Origin: a virus | DNA: 64,000 nt | Strand: one strand, 5' to 3' | IMG/VR virus record: IMGVR_UViG_3300000101_000006 | Location: 9,267 to 73,266 of that record | Part shown: piece by piece, positions 1 through 8,442 of the stretch | Layout of the letters: the number at the start of each line of letters is the position of its first letter | Position numbering within the stretch: position 1 is the stretch's first letter | Made by a program: the position numbers and the translations under genes | Notes under the pieces: model-generated | The model's database searches: none | Seen by the model: only the letters and a program-made list of their open reading frames with translations | Told to the model about the DNA's origin: nothing

Positions 1-2
1 CG

Positions 3-227
3 GCTCAAGAACTAGCCCAAGAGTATCACAAAGAGGGGTGGACAGGCGACTGTAACGACTTCACGCAAGCATCTTCATCGGTCTCACAGGAACTCACAAA
101 CCTAGAAGTCGAGAGACTATGGGACGAGTTTAAGGGCGAAGAACTTATCTCAGACAACGTGACCTTTACATTCACTCGACAGGGTCGAGACAAAGTGATT
201 ACAATCGAACAAACGGACAATAATTGA
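3..227 (+). CDS. Partial hypothetical protein (5' end outside the window)
   Basis: Hand-translated open frame AQELAQEYHKEG...IEQTDNN* ends at TGA 225-227; the stop lies inside the first palindrome. Confidence 0.6.
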   Translation, partial: AQELAQEYHKEGWTGDCNDFTQASSSVSQELTNLEVERLWDEFKGEELISDNVTFTFTRQGRDKVITIEQTDNN

Positions 228-278
228 CCGATAAAGTAGCAAATAAAACTTGACAAGTTAGTCCAAACGTATTACATT
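214..278 (+). promoter_or_regulatory. Early promoter cassette 1 (palindrome + sigma70 promoter, class I spacing)
   Basis: CGGACA-ATAAT-TGACCG 214-230; 19 nt gap; TTGACA 250-255; 17 nt spacer; TACATT 273-278. Confidence 0.85.
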
Positions 279-318
279 ACTAATATAACAACAAAACCTC
301 ACAACAAACGGAGACGTT

Positions 319-1554
319 ATGTCTGACGACAAAACAACAAACGAACCATTCGATCTCAATGCTCACACCTATCGGTTGCTAGAGTCTGAACCGTTCTTCG
401 CCAGTCTTTCGAGACGCATCAACAAGTCCATCATGAAGTCCATCCCAACGGCTGGTGTTCGCATTACCGAACAAGGTCAGTTTGAAATGGTCTACAATCC
501 CGACTTCTTCGAGGCTCTATCACAGAAAGAACGTAGTGGTGTTCTCAAGCATGAGTTTTACCACATCATCTTCGAACACGTTACAGGTCGTCTACCACCC
601 GAGGGTATGACTAAGATGTGGAACATCGCGACAGACCTTGCGATCAACTCACACTTGATGGATGAATTGCCCGAACAAGGTTGCTTCCCAAGTCGCAAGC
701 CCTTTGAGGACTATCCTGTCGGTCAAAGCGCAGAGTTTTACTTCAAGATGCTACAAGAGGATGAGCAGTTTCAGAACGACAAAGGCGAGGGTGAAGATGG
801 CGATGGTGAGGGTCAAGGACAAGGTGGTCAAGGCAATGGCTTGCCCGACAGTCTCGATGACCATTCGGGTTGGGGTGGCGAACACCTCGATGAAGAACAA
901 CGCCAAGCCCTACGAGATGTAGCACAGGAGCGTCTAAAGCAAGCAGTCAAGGACGCAGTCGAGGAGATCAACTCAAACGGTCGTGGTTGGGGCACTATCG
1001 GTGCAGACACTCGCAAGGCTATCCAAGATTTCATCAAGCCAAAAGTCAATTGGCGCAAGGTTCTTCGATACTTCATCAAGACCTCGCAACGAGCGAACAA
1101 ACGGTCTACCCCTAGACGTATCAACAAGCGTTTCCCTTACGTTCACAGTGGTAAACGTGTGACCCGAACGGCTAAAATTGCTATCTCTATCGACCAGTCG
1201 GGTTCTGTTTCAGATAGCATGCTTGCCTTGTTCTTTTCGGAACTATCGGGTCTATCCAAGTATGCCGAGTTTACCGTAATTCCATTCGACACCGAGGTTG
1301 CCGAGAATGAAGTCTTTGTGTGGAAGAAAGGTAAGAAGCGAACGTGGGAACGTGTGTCCTGTGGTGGTACAAACTTCGATGCACCCACCAAATACGTCAA
1401 TGAACGTCAGTTTGATGGTCACATCATCCTTACAGACATGGAAGCCCCAAAGCCCAAGCCTAGCAAGTGCCAACGAATGTGGGCTACCACCCCCGAGTAT
1501 GCCGAAAACCCCTACTTCAGCACCAATGAACGCATGTTGGTGATGGACAAGTAA
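319..1554 (+). CDS. DUF2201-type putative metallopeptidase fused to a vWA domain
   Basis: HEXXH (LKHEFYH), acidic/Gly-rich linker, MIDAS-like motifs IDQSGSV, GGTNFD and ILTD; GGAG RBS. Confidence 0.85.
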   Translation: MSDDKTTNEPFDLNAHTYRLLESEPFFASLSRRINKSIMKSIPTAGVRITEQGQFEMVYNPDFFEALSQKERSGVLKHEFYHIIFEHVTGRLPPEGMTKMWNIATDLAINSHLMDELPEQGCFPSRKPFEDYPVGQSAEFYFKMLQEDEQFQNDKGEGEDGDGEGQGQGGQGNGLPDSLDDHSGWGGEHLDEEQRQALRDVAQERLKQAVKDAVEEINSNGRGWGTIGADTRKAIQDFIKPKVNWRKVLRYFIKTSQRANKRSTPRRINKRFPYVHSGKRVTRTAKIAISIDQSGSVSDSMLALFFSELSGLSKYAEFTVIPFDTEVAENEVFVWKKGKKRTWERVSCGGTNFDAPTKYVNERQFDGHIILTDMEAPKPKPSKCQRMWATTPEYAENPYFSTNERMLVMDK

Positions 1555-1611
1555 AATGTCCTGTAAGCCCCTTTGGGGGCTTGCCCTACCCCTACCCCTA
1601 CGGAGATGCGA

Positions 1612-1929
1612 ATGGAACGTAAGAAGTGTATGTGTGGCTACGCAACGGACAAACCACACAAGTGGGACGTTGGTCTTGACTTATGTTGGCATTGCGCTAA
1701 GGAGAAGCGCGAAGATCAAAAGATCCAAGACTATCTCGATACCTTTGATGTCGGTGACCTTGTCGTTTGGAAAGAGCAAGGTCACCTATTGGCGCGCAAG
1801 CACAAGTCGGGTAGGCGATGGGACATGGTGAATACTACTACCCTATCCACCCACCCATTTTATCCACTAAACATTGAAAGGTACGATACTAGCGAGAACA
1901 TAAGGGACGTAATTTACAAACGGACATAA
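1612..1929 (+). CDS. Small protein with Zn-ribbon-like Cys pairs and an SH3/KOW-like GDLV motif
   Basis: CMCG...CWHC, then FDVGDLVVWK; RBS GGAGA at about 1602 favours ATG 1612 over the track start 1573. Confidence 0.6.
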   Translation: MERKKCMCGYATDKPHKWDVGLDLCWHCAKEKREDQKIQDYLDTFDVGDLVVWKEQGHLLARKHKSGRRWDMVNTTTLSTHPFYPLNIERYDTSENIRDVIYKRT

Positions 1930-1985
1930 TTTGTCCGAGAAAGTAAAAGAAAAAACTTGACAAACAACTCCAAACGCATTACCTT
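1921..1985 (+). promoter_or_regulatory. Early promoter cassette 2 (class I)
   Basis: CGGACA-TAATT-TGTCCG 1921-1937; TTGACA 1957-1962; TACCTT 1980-1985. Confidence 0.85.
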
Positions 1986-2016
1986 ATAAACATCAACAAC
2001 GAAACATGGAGACAAC

Positions 2017-2388
2017 ATGAAACAACCCACAAGGAAAGACACCATCAACTTACGAGTGTGGCGAGGTGATGGATTGGTAACAATGGAGGGTATCGTAGGC
2101 ATCAATGACTATCCTCTCGCAGTCCACAGACCCATCAGTGAGTTTGTAGAAATCCAACAAGACTTTAGAACTCGCTATGGTGGGACGTGGTGCGTAACTC
2201 ACATTCCAACAGGCAAGTCATTCGGCATCCGTTCTCGTAACTGGAACGCAGTCGCTGACTACATAGACAAGGTCAAAGACCATCCAGTGTTATTGATGCT
2301 TACGGATGAAACGATGGTGCAACACCCAATGTATAGTGACTTGTGCGACCTACACTTTAAAGCAAAGTCGGCAATCCCGACACAATAA
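2017..2388 (+). CDS. Hypothetical protein
   Basis: 123 aa ORF with RBS CATGGAGACAACATG directly after cassette 2. Confidence 0.75.
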   Translation: MKQPTRKDTINLRVWRGDGLVTMEGIVGINDYPLAVHRPISEFVEIQQDFRTRYGGTWCVTHIPTGKSFGIRSRNWNAVADYIDKVKDHPVLLMLTDETMVQHPMYSDLCDLHFKAKSAIPTQ

Positions 2389-2394
2389 ATCAAA

Positions 2395-2458
2395 CGGACA
2401 TTTTCTGTCCGAGAAAGTAATAAAAAAACTTGACAAGTTAATCCAAACGTATTACATT
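2395..2458 (+). promoter_or_regulatory. Early promoter cassette 3 (class I)
   Basis: CGGACA-TTTTC-TGTCCG 2395-2411; TTGACA 2430-2435; TACATT 2453-2458. Confidence 0.85.
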
Positions 2459-2504
2459 ACTAACATAACGAACAAACAACTCAATCACAAACATTGGAGA
2501 CAAA

Positions 2505-2522
2505 ATGCGTGATCCACCGTAA
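2505..2522 (+). CDS. Five-codon mini-ORF MRDPP*
   Basis: TTGGAGACAAA-ATG CGT GAT CCA CCG TAA directly after cassette 3. Confidence 0.45.
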   Translation: MRDPP

Positions 2523-2556
2523 CTCTCGACACAATAAATAAACTTTCACTTTTTAC

Positions 2557-2585
2557 TTGACAACCTTTCACCAACGTGTTACACT
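2557..2585 (+). promoter_or_regulatory. sigma70-type promoter without palindrome, upstream of the AAA gene
   Basis: TTGACA 2557-2562; 17 nt spacer; TACACT 2580-2585. Confidence 0.75.
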
Positions 2586-2639
2586 ATTTAGACTAGACAC
2601 GTTGTCTATTTCATTCAATCCTAACAAAGGTATTTACTC

Positions 2640-3698
2640 ATGGCTATTTCTTACAAAGTTTTATTCTCGGTTCTCCCATCAATTATTGATGCAAAGTTTC
2701 CTGTCCTCATTCGTGGTCGCCACGGTATCGGTAAGTCCACTATCGTCTACCAAATCGCCAAAGAACGTGGCTTGCCTGTTATCGAGCGTCGTGCATCTCA
2801 AATGACTGAGGGTGACTTGCTTGGTCTCCCAAAGGTCGAGAACAACGTCACTCAGTGGCTTGCTCCCGAATGGTTGCACGATGCCTGTAACAACGCAGTT
2901 GTCTTGTTTCTTGACGAAGTCGACCGTGCAACAATGGAAGTGCGTCAAGGCATCTTCGAGTTGTGCGACAGTCGCAAAATTGCAGGCTACGAACTACACA
3001 AAGACACAGTTATCTTTGCCTGTGTTAACGGTGGTGGCGATCATGGAGACCAGTATCAAGTCGGTGAGATGGATCCAGCCGAACTTGACCGTTACACTGT
3101 CTTTGACGTTAAGCCAACCGTAGAAGATTGGTTGGAATGGGCTGATGGTAACGTATCCCAAGCAATTTGGGACTTCATCAACGACAACCACAGTCACCTC
3201 GAACACAACGATGACTACGAGCCTAACAAGGTTTACCCATCACGTCGTTCATGGGAGCGTTTGTCCCAAACCATCGGAGACAAGGACATCAAAGCATTGT
3301 CCAACACAGGTGTTCTTTACCACCTTGCAACAGGGTTCATCGGTTTCGAGGGCGCAGTAGCATTGGTTGACTACATCAAGAACTACAACAAGATCGTCAC
3401 TGTCGAGGAAATCCTCGAGGGCAAGCATGCTAAGACCTCAAAGTTTAGCATCAACGACCACAACGCAATGATCGAGCGTTTCAAGCAGTCCAAAGTATTC
3501 GACAGAGACCTCACACCAACGGAGTTATCAAACGTCGCAGAATACTTTGTAACGCTCCCTAGCGAGTTAGGTATGTTGTTCTTCCAAGTTATCTCTAAAG
3601 GTTCGTCAGTAGCCCATAACGCTCATGGTATCCATACGGCTACCCTGTCCGATGGTTCTACCCCTAAGGACTACTTGATGAAAATCCTCGCTCAGTAA
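2640..3698 (+). CDS. MoxR-like AAA+ ATPase
   Basis: Walker A GRHGIGKS, Walker B LFLDEVDRA, MDPAELDRY and YPSRRSWE motifs. Confidence 0.9.
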   Translation: MAISYKVLFSVLPSIIDAKFPVLIRGRHGIGKSTIVYQIAKERGLPVIERRASQMTEGDLLGLPKVENNVTQWLAPEWLHDACNNAVVLFLDEVDRATMEVRQGIFELCDSRKIAGYELHKDTVIFACVNGGGDHGDQYQVGEMDPAELDRYTVFDVKPTVEDWLEWADGNVSQAIWDFINDNHSHLEHNDDYEPNKVYPSRRSWERLSQTIGDKDIKALSNTGVLYHLATGFIGFEGAVALVDYIKNYNKIVTVEEILEGKHAKTSKFSINDHNAMIERFKQSKVFDRDLTPTELSNVAEYFVTLPSELGMLFFQVISKGSSVAHNAHGIHTATLSDGSTPKDYLMKILAQ

Positions 3699-3753
3699 CC
3701 CACTCACCTACCCCACCCCTTGTGGGGGTGGGCATCCACTCACAGGAGCGCAC

Positions 3754-3939
3754 ATGAACTATCAGGTTGGAGACCTTGTCTCACACTCAAAGATGGGTGG
3801 CATCGCCATCATCACAGGCATAGCAGTCGATGGTGACGACCCAGTCTATCGCACCAAATGGCTTGTAGCCCCCATCAATAACTATGAACCCATCTCAGCC
3901 CCACAACGATACCTAACCCCCATACAGGAGCGCACATGA
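3754..3939 (+). CDS. Small SH3/KOW-like protein
   Basis: MNYQVGDLVSHS; RBS ACAGGAGCGCACATG. Confidence 0.6.
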   Translation: MNYQVGDLVSHSKMGGIAIITGIAVDGDDPVYRTKWLVAPINNYEPISAPQRYLTPIQERT

Positions 3940-4127
3940 CCTACCCCCAAGCAGGCGACCTCTATAGTCGCAACATCAACCCTAACGAGATAATCTTGAT
4001 AATTCGAATGAGTGAGTCTAAGAACCTTGTAAAGACACAACACATCACAGACCCCATAAACAGTGGATGGCGTGGCGTAGACGACATAAAACTCAACTGG
4101 AAACCCCTAACAAAGGACAGCAAATGA
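3936..4127 (+). CDS. Small SH3/KOW-like protein, probable paralogue of the previous gene
   Basis: MTYPQAGDL; identical RBS block ACAGGAGCGCACATGA; ATGA overlap with the previous gene. Confidence 0.6.
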   Translation: MTYPQAGDLYSRNINPNEIILIIRMSESKNLVKTQHITDPINSGWRGVDDIKLNWKPLTKDSK

Positions 4128-4285
4128 ACACACTACACTTACTTATCGCATGCGACCTAGGCTTTGCCCTATTCGTTTGGTGGACTTATCGAGACCACAA
4201 CCGAAAGATGGATGCGCTCTACAAGAAATACGATAAAGACTATTCCGACAGAGACGAGAGGATAGACGGAACGGACAAAAACTGA
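4124..4285 (+). CDS. Small single-TM membrane protein
   Basis: Hydrophobic N-terminus (LHLLIACDLGFALFVWW); ATGA overlap; stop codon lies inside palindrome 4. Confidence 0.55.
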   Translation: MNTLHLLIACDLGFALFVWWTYRDHNRKMDALYKKYDKDYSDRDERIDGTDKN

Positions 4286-4336
4286 CCGTTAAAGTAACAG
4301 AAATAATTTGACAACTCAGCCCAAACGTATTACATT
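4272..4336 (+). promoter_or_regulatory. Early promoter cassette 4 (class I)
   Basis: CGGACA-AAAAC-TGACCG 4272-4288; TTGACA 4308-4313; TACATT 4331-4336. Confidence 0.85.
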
Positions 4337-4366
4337 ATAAACATCACCACAAAACATGGAGACAAC

Positions 4367-4543
4367 ATGAAATACTTATCCCACGAAGAAATGATGGTAG
4401 TTTGCACTACTGTCGCAACAATGTGCCTTTTGGCTCTAACCCTATTCGCTCAACCTATCGCATCTTGCATAGCAGAAAAAGATAAACAAGCAATCAACGA
4501 CTACAGACATCACCTAACAAACCAACCAAAGGAAACAAAATGA
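4367..4543 (+). CDS. Small membrane protein (58 aa, not in ORF track)
   Basis: RBS CATGGAGACAACATG; MKYLSHEEMMVVCTTVATMCLLALTLFAQP... Confidence 0.55.
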   Translation: MKYLSHEEMMVVCTTVATMCLLALTLFAQPIASCIAEKDKQAINDYRHHLTNQPKETK

Positions 4544-4704
4544 ACAAGAAAAAAATCACAATCTACGACCGAGTGAAGATAACATTCTCAAACGGTACTA
4601 TCCTACAACTCCCCAAGCCTACGGACTTAACTGAGAAAGAACTGGCTAAACAACTCGTCAACCTCGAGAAGAACAAACTTGTCCTCTCAGCAATCATCAT
4701 CTAA
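4540..4704 (+). CDS. Hypothetical protein (54 aa, not in ORF track)
   Basis: ATGA-coupled to the previous gene; MNKKKITIYDRVKITF... Confidence 0.5.
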   Translation: MNKKKITIYDRVKITFSNGTILQLPKPTDLTEKELAKQLVNLEKNKLVLSAIII

Positions 4705-4734
4705 AGGCTCGATGCCTTCGGGTCAAAAAGTAAA

Positions 4735-4778
4735 CGGACATTTTTTGACCTTGACTTTTCTTCTCACCTTGTTACATT
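4735..4778 (+). promoter_or_regulatory. Early promoter cassette 5 (class II, palindrome touches -35)
   Basis: CGGACA-TTTTT-TGACCT 4735-4751; TTGACT 4751-4756; 16 nt spacer; TG-n-TACATT 4773-4778. Confidence 0.8.
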
Positions 4779-4808
4779 ACTAACATCACCAACAAACATG
4801 GAGACCTC

Positions 4809-5174
4809 ATGCAAGGTTCATTCAAATCAATCTCTCAATTTCGTCAACTCAACTATCAACAAGGCTACCATTGGTTCGATGCATCATCCATGAAGTTCTT
4901 CGGTACTAGGCTACATGCAGACCTCTACGGTGGGTGCGTGTTCGTCACAAGCGACAAGCAATACAACGGAGACCGAAAGTATTCCGTTCGTGTCGGGATG
5001 AAAGATGGAACCATCAACTCTTATGCCTTTGTCGAATACGACACACGTTCAGAAGCCCACAGAGAAGCCAAGTGGTTGGGCAGTGCCTTGAAGAACGGCA
5101 CAATGCGATGGTGCAACGACTCGTATGAGTTTGTTGGAGAACAGGCTGAGTTGTCGTTAGGCTCGGAGGAATAA
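4809..5174 (+). CDS. Conserved-looking phage hypothetical protein
   Basis: HWFDASSMKFFGTR motif; GGAGA RBS. Confidence 0.75.
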   Translation: MQGSFKSISQFRQLNYQQGYHWFDASSMKFFGTRLHADLYGGCVFVTSDKQYNGDRKYSVRVGMKDGTINSYAFVEYDTRSEAHREAKWLGSALKNGTMRWCNDSYEFVGEQAELSLGSEE

Positions 5175-5179
5175 CCAAA

Positions 5180-5223
5180 CGGACATTTTCTGTCCTTGAC
5201 TTTTCTGACCAACGAGATACATT
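5180..5223 (+). promoter_or_regulatory. Early promoter cassette 6 (class II)
   Basis: CGGACA-TTTTC-TGTCCT 5180-5196; TTGACT 5196-5201; TACATT 5218-5223. Confidence 0.8.
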
Positions 5224-5263
5224 ATAAGAGAACAGAGAGAAATCTCGCAACACTGGAGACCAA

Positions 5264-5458
5264 ATGACTTTAGATCAATTCATCGCAGACTACCGTATCC
5301 CCTACTCAAACGACATACTCGACATCATTGAGGAAATCATCCATGACTTCTTCGAACAAGTCAAGGGTGACTACGATATGCACAACCTTGTTGACTGGAT
5401 AGCCTGTGAACTTGACTGTAACAAGTCTGACGTTTACGATGCCTACGACGCTTATTGA
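5264..5458 (+). CDS. Small acidic helical protein
   Basis: 64 aa Asp/Glu-rich ORF; GGAGA RBS. Confidence 0.7.
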   Translation: MTLDQFIADYRIPYSNDILDIIEEIIHDFFEQVKGDYDMHNLVDWIACELDCNKSDVYDAYDAY

Positions 5459-5462
5459 TGGT

Positions 5463-5527
5463 CGGTCATTTTCTGTCCGAGAAAGCAACAGAAAAAACTT
5501 GACAGATGAAACCAAACGTGATACATT
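5463..5527 (+). promoter_or_regulatory. Early promoter cassette 7 (class I)
   Basis: CGGTCA-TTTTC-TGTCCG 5463-5479; TTGACA 5499-5504; TACATT 5522-5527. Confidence 0.85.
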
Positions 5528-5579
5528 ATAAGAGAACAGAGGGAAAAGCCCTTTACTAACCAGTCACCAAGGAAACACC

Positions 5580-6179
5580 ATGACTACTCAAACCACTCAA
5601 ATCACCCCAAATGCACAGGTAATTACCATGACCGACAAAATGAACCTTTCATCTTTTATCCGTTTATTCGACACCCCAACCGACGCAATCGACCACATCC
5701 TTGAGTGCAACGAGAAAGGTCTTGTCGAGGTGTCCGAGAACACCTTGCCTGTCTACACGTTCGTCAATGGTCGGATCATCACTTATGCAGATTGGCAACC
5801 ACAGACCCATTCTTTCGACGTTCGCATCCAACGATGGTATGAGGATGAGGAATGCTCAAAGGACGCAGTCGTTCGTTTCGATTATACCGATGGGATCGAC
5901 CTCTATTGGAATCAACTGTCTCATGACTTGGATGGTGTAACCGATGAAAGCGAAATGCACTGGCAAGACAACATCGAGACCCACCACAGACGAGAGCGTG
6001 ACGCACTTGCTTTACAGGTGGTGATCAATAACCGTAGGTTAGCATCGACTCGAATCTATCTCATTGAAAAGGGCGCAACCATCACCCCCAATGAGTTTGA
6101 GCAACACTGTGAAAGGGTCGCAAAAATGCGAGAAGAAAACGAAAGAGCACTTAAGCGCATCGAAGAACTCGACTACTAA
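5580..6179 (+). CDS. Hypothetical protein
   Basis: 199 aa ORF with AAGGA RBS, downstream of cassette 7. Confidence 0.75.
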   Translation: MTTQTTQITPNAQVITMTDKMNLSSFIRLFDTPTDAIDHILECNEKGLVEVSENTLPVYTFVNGRIITYADWQPQTHSFDVRIQRWYEDEECSKDAVVRFDYTDGIDLYWNQLSHDLDGVTDESEMHWQDNIETHHRRERDALALQVVINNRRLASTRIYLIEKGATITPNEFEQHCERVAKMREENERALKRIEELDY

Positions 6180-6185
6180 GCCAAA

Positions 6186-6230
6186 CGGACAGTTTTTGTC
6201 CTTGACAAAGTGTCTTGGCCTTGTTACACT
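6186..6230 (+). promoter_or_regulatory. Early promoter cassette 8 (class II)
   Basis: CGGACA-GTTTT-TGTCCT 6186-6202; TTGACA 6202-6207; 17 nt spacer; TACACT 6225-6230. Confidence 0.85.
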
Positions 6231-6260
6231 ATAAACATCACCCCAACTCATGGAGACAAC

Positions 6261-6467
6261 ATGAACATCAAACAAGTTAAAACCCTTAAAGTAGGCGACG
6301 TAGTCCGTTGCCTTTGGAACCACCCATCAGGCAAAACAATCGACAAAGTCGAGACCGTGACCGTTGCTTGGGGCGTTGATGTTGCTATGGGTGTTCCAAG
6401 CGCAACGTTAGAGACTTTGTATATCACCCCTTATAACCACAAACACTTCACCATCGTATCCCAATAA
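6261..6467 (+). CDS. Small SH3/KOW-like protein
   Basis: RBS CATGGAGACAACATG gives start 6261; LKVGDVVRC motif. Confidence 0.6.
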   Translation: MNIKQVKTLKVGDVVRCLWNHPSGKTIDKVETVTVAWGVDVAMGVPSATLETLYITPYNHKHFTIVSQ

Positions 6468-6479
6468 CTCGGAGACAAC

Positions 6480-6677
6480 ATGGACATCTATAAAACCCCC
6501 AAAGGAACCTTGTTCCGTTTGTTCGACCAAACCTTGATCACCACAAGCGAGTATTACTATTGCCCACACCACAAGATCCACAAGGTCAAGGCACACAACA
6601 TCACAAAGGGCATCGACAAGGAAATCGGAGAGATCGCAATGCTCGATGCACACCCAATGAAACAGGAGACAAAATGA
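6480..6677 (+). CDS. Hypothetical protein
   Basis: 65 aa; GGAGACAACATG RBS. Confidence 0.6.
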   Translation: MDIYKTPKGTLFRLFDQTLITTSEYYYCPHHKIHKVKAHNITKGIDKEIGEIAMLDAHPMKQETK

Positions 6678-6958
6678 ACCAAGAAGAAATTATACAAGAC
6701 GCTTTCGACCAACTGTTGCATGAACAACGAGTGTCCAACAAAGGCTCCATTGAGACCATAAAGCACAGAGACAACTCGGTTGAGTGCAACCTGTCGAACG
6801 GATGGATGGTCGAACGCATTCACTTCACATCTTATTCCACAGGGTTGCCCATCGTTGCTAGCACATCCGTTTGTCTCTACGACAACAAAGGCGAGTTAGT
6901 GAGAGAGACAGTCTTTACCCACGAAAACAAGGAAACCCCATGCAAGCACTCACATTGA
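6674..6958 (+). CDS. Hypothetical protein
   Basis: RBS CAGGAGACAAAATG gives start 6674 within the track ORF 6560..6958. Confidence 0.6.
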   Translation: MNQEEIIQDAFDQLLHEQRVSNKGSIETIKHRDNSVECNLSNGWMVERIHFTSYSTGLPIVASTSVCLYDNKGELVRETVFTHENKETPCKHSH

Positions 6959-7176
6959 TTATCGTTAACCTCATGGCTATGGCGATTTACATTCCCTATT
7001 TACTGGACAAGGAGCGAAAGTATGACAACCAAACCGACACTACATCCAAGCCCATTCGCACTGGACATATTCATCACCCCACCACATCCCAATAGCCGAG
7101 TTGCCCGAGACCATAAAAAAAATAAAGTTAAACCATCGAAAGTAACGACACCAAAAGAGAATACAAAGGATAAGAA

Positions 7177-7452
7177 ATGAATATATCAAACAACTCACCA
7201 AAGCAATACGATACAGTATACCACGTAGAATACGGTAAAGGAACAATAGTAACAATCCAGTATAGAAAGGATGGAGGTTTAGCAATGTGCTACTTCCCCA
7301 AAGCAAAGGAGCATGATTGGATAACAATCCAACAGTTGTGTGTAGGTACAGGAGATATAACAATGCAACCTTTACCAACGAATAGTAATGAGAAAGTATC
7401 GGATGATCTTCAGAGCGCGTTAGAGAACCTTTTCTCGATGCCTAAGAGGTAG
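7177..7452 (+). CDS. Small SH3-like protein (CarD/TRCF-like strand pattern)
   Basis: DTVYHVEYGKGTIV motif. Confidence 0.55.
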   Translation: MNISNNSPKQYDTVYHVEYGKGTIVTIQYRKDGGLAMCYFPKAKEHDWITIQQLCVGTGDITMQPLPTNSNEKVSDDLQSALENLFSMPKR

Positions 7453-7668
7453 GACAAAAAAGACATTTGGTTTTATCCCTCAGAATGGTATGAGTATTGA
7501 GTTGTACAAGAACTCCCAGTGTATAGGTGAATGTGCGAAAGAGTGGCTAGAATGGAGTGTATCAGACCCATTTTTAAGGCACAACAAGGCACATACAACG
7601 CATCCTAGCACATACACCCATACCATTACGGCCCCAAACACCTAGGCGAACGTACAGACCCATCCTTG

Positions 7669-7741
7669 CCCCTCCTAGACCCTATCCCTTTTCCCCTACA
7701 CTCTACCCACCTACCCTACTACCCTACCCCCCGACAACCCC
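7669..7741 (-). repeat. C-rich tract; the minus strand has two canonical G-quadruplex motifs
   Basis: Nine runs of 3 or more C between 7669 and 7741, with loops of 2-9 nt. Confidence 0.6.
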
Positions 7742-7763
7742 ACCACTACCGAGAGAATAGCAC

Positions 7764-7937
7764 ATGACCCCACAAATAGGCACATTATTCACACACAAGT
7801 TCATAGACATGGGCTTGTTCATCGTTGTCTACCACTCAGACAAACGACTAGGGCTTAAGTCCATAGACACAGGTAAGACACGCTACATAGACCACAGGCA
7901 TCTGTCTAGCCAATACAAGCCCCTTACACACGAGTAG
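7764..7937 (+). CDS. Small SH3-like protein (57 aa, not in ORF track)
   Basis: MTPQIGTLFTHKF...YKPLTHE*; N- and C-termini resemble the 3936 gene. Confidence 0.5.
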   Translation: MTPQIGTLFTHKFIDMGLFIVVYHSDKRLGLKSIDTGKTRYIDHRHLSSQYKPLTHE

Positions 7938-7960
7938 CAACTGATTGGGGTCTCGGACAC

Positions 7961-8330
7961 ATGAGGGCACATCATGCTACATCATCAGCATTGTTGCATT
8001 CGCAACATTCACGTGTTGTCACATACACACATGACGCACTTGCAACAAACACGCATTAAGCGCACGAATGACGCATTATCAGCAATCAAAGATTGCCATG
8101 CACATATGACGCACATACAGCAATTAAAAATTGCTCTCCCTTACGGGCGTACCTATATAAACCTACGGTTTAAGGCTACGGATCATTAAGTTGGTCTATT
8201 GCGTCTACAGCAATTTACTTAACATAACTATGATCTTGCGTGCGCAGCATAATAAACTTTACATAACTATGATTCTAGAGTCTTAATTGATATGTTGCAT
8301 AAGCAACATTCACTTACTTTACATAACTAT
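7961..8330. repeat. Non-coding block with several repeat families
   Basis: ATGACGCA at 8031, 8068 and 8106; TGTTGC-N4-GCAACA at 7992 and 8293; ACTT(T/A)ACATAACTAT at 8217, 8256 and 8316. Confidence 0.7.
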
Positions 8331-8442
8331 TAGAGGTGATTGCTCTAGGTGGAATGGAATTTCTTTTCCCTCTACGATGTGCCAGCTCCCGAGGACATAG
8401 AAGGTTTACCGACGAAAGTGTAAAAAAACTTAGCCTTTCGAT

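Noticed and set aside
7974-8189. 71-aa ORF in the repeat block
   Set aside because: No clear RBS, and the His/Thr-rich content simply reflects the DNA repeats.
8217-8244. A complete dif site
   Set aside because: The XerD-like arm matches well, but the XerC-like arm matches only about 6 of 11 and the other copies lack it. Kept only as a hypothesis under the 20-mer finding.
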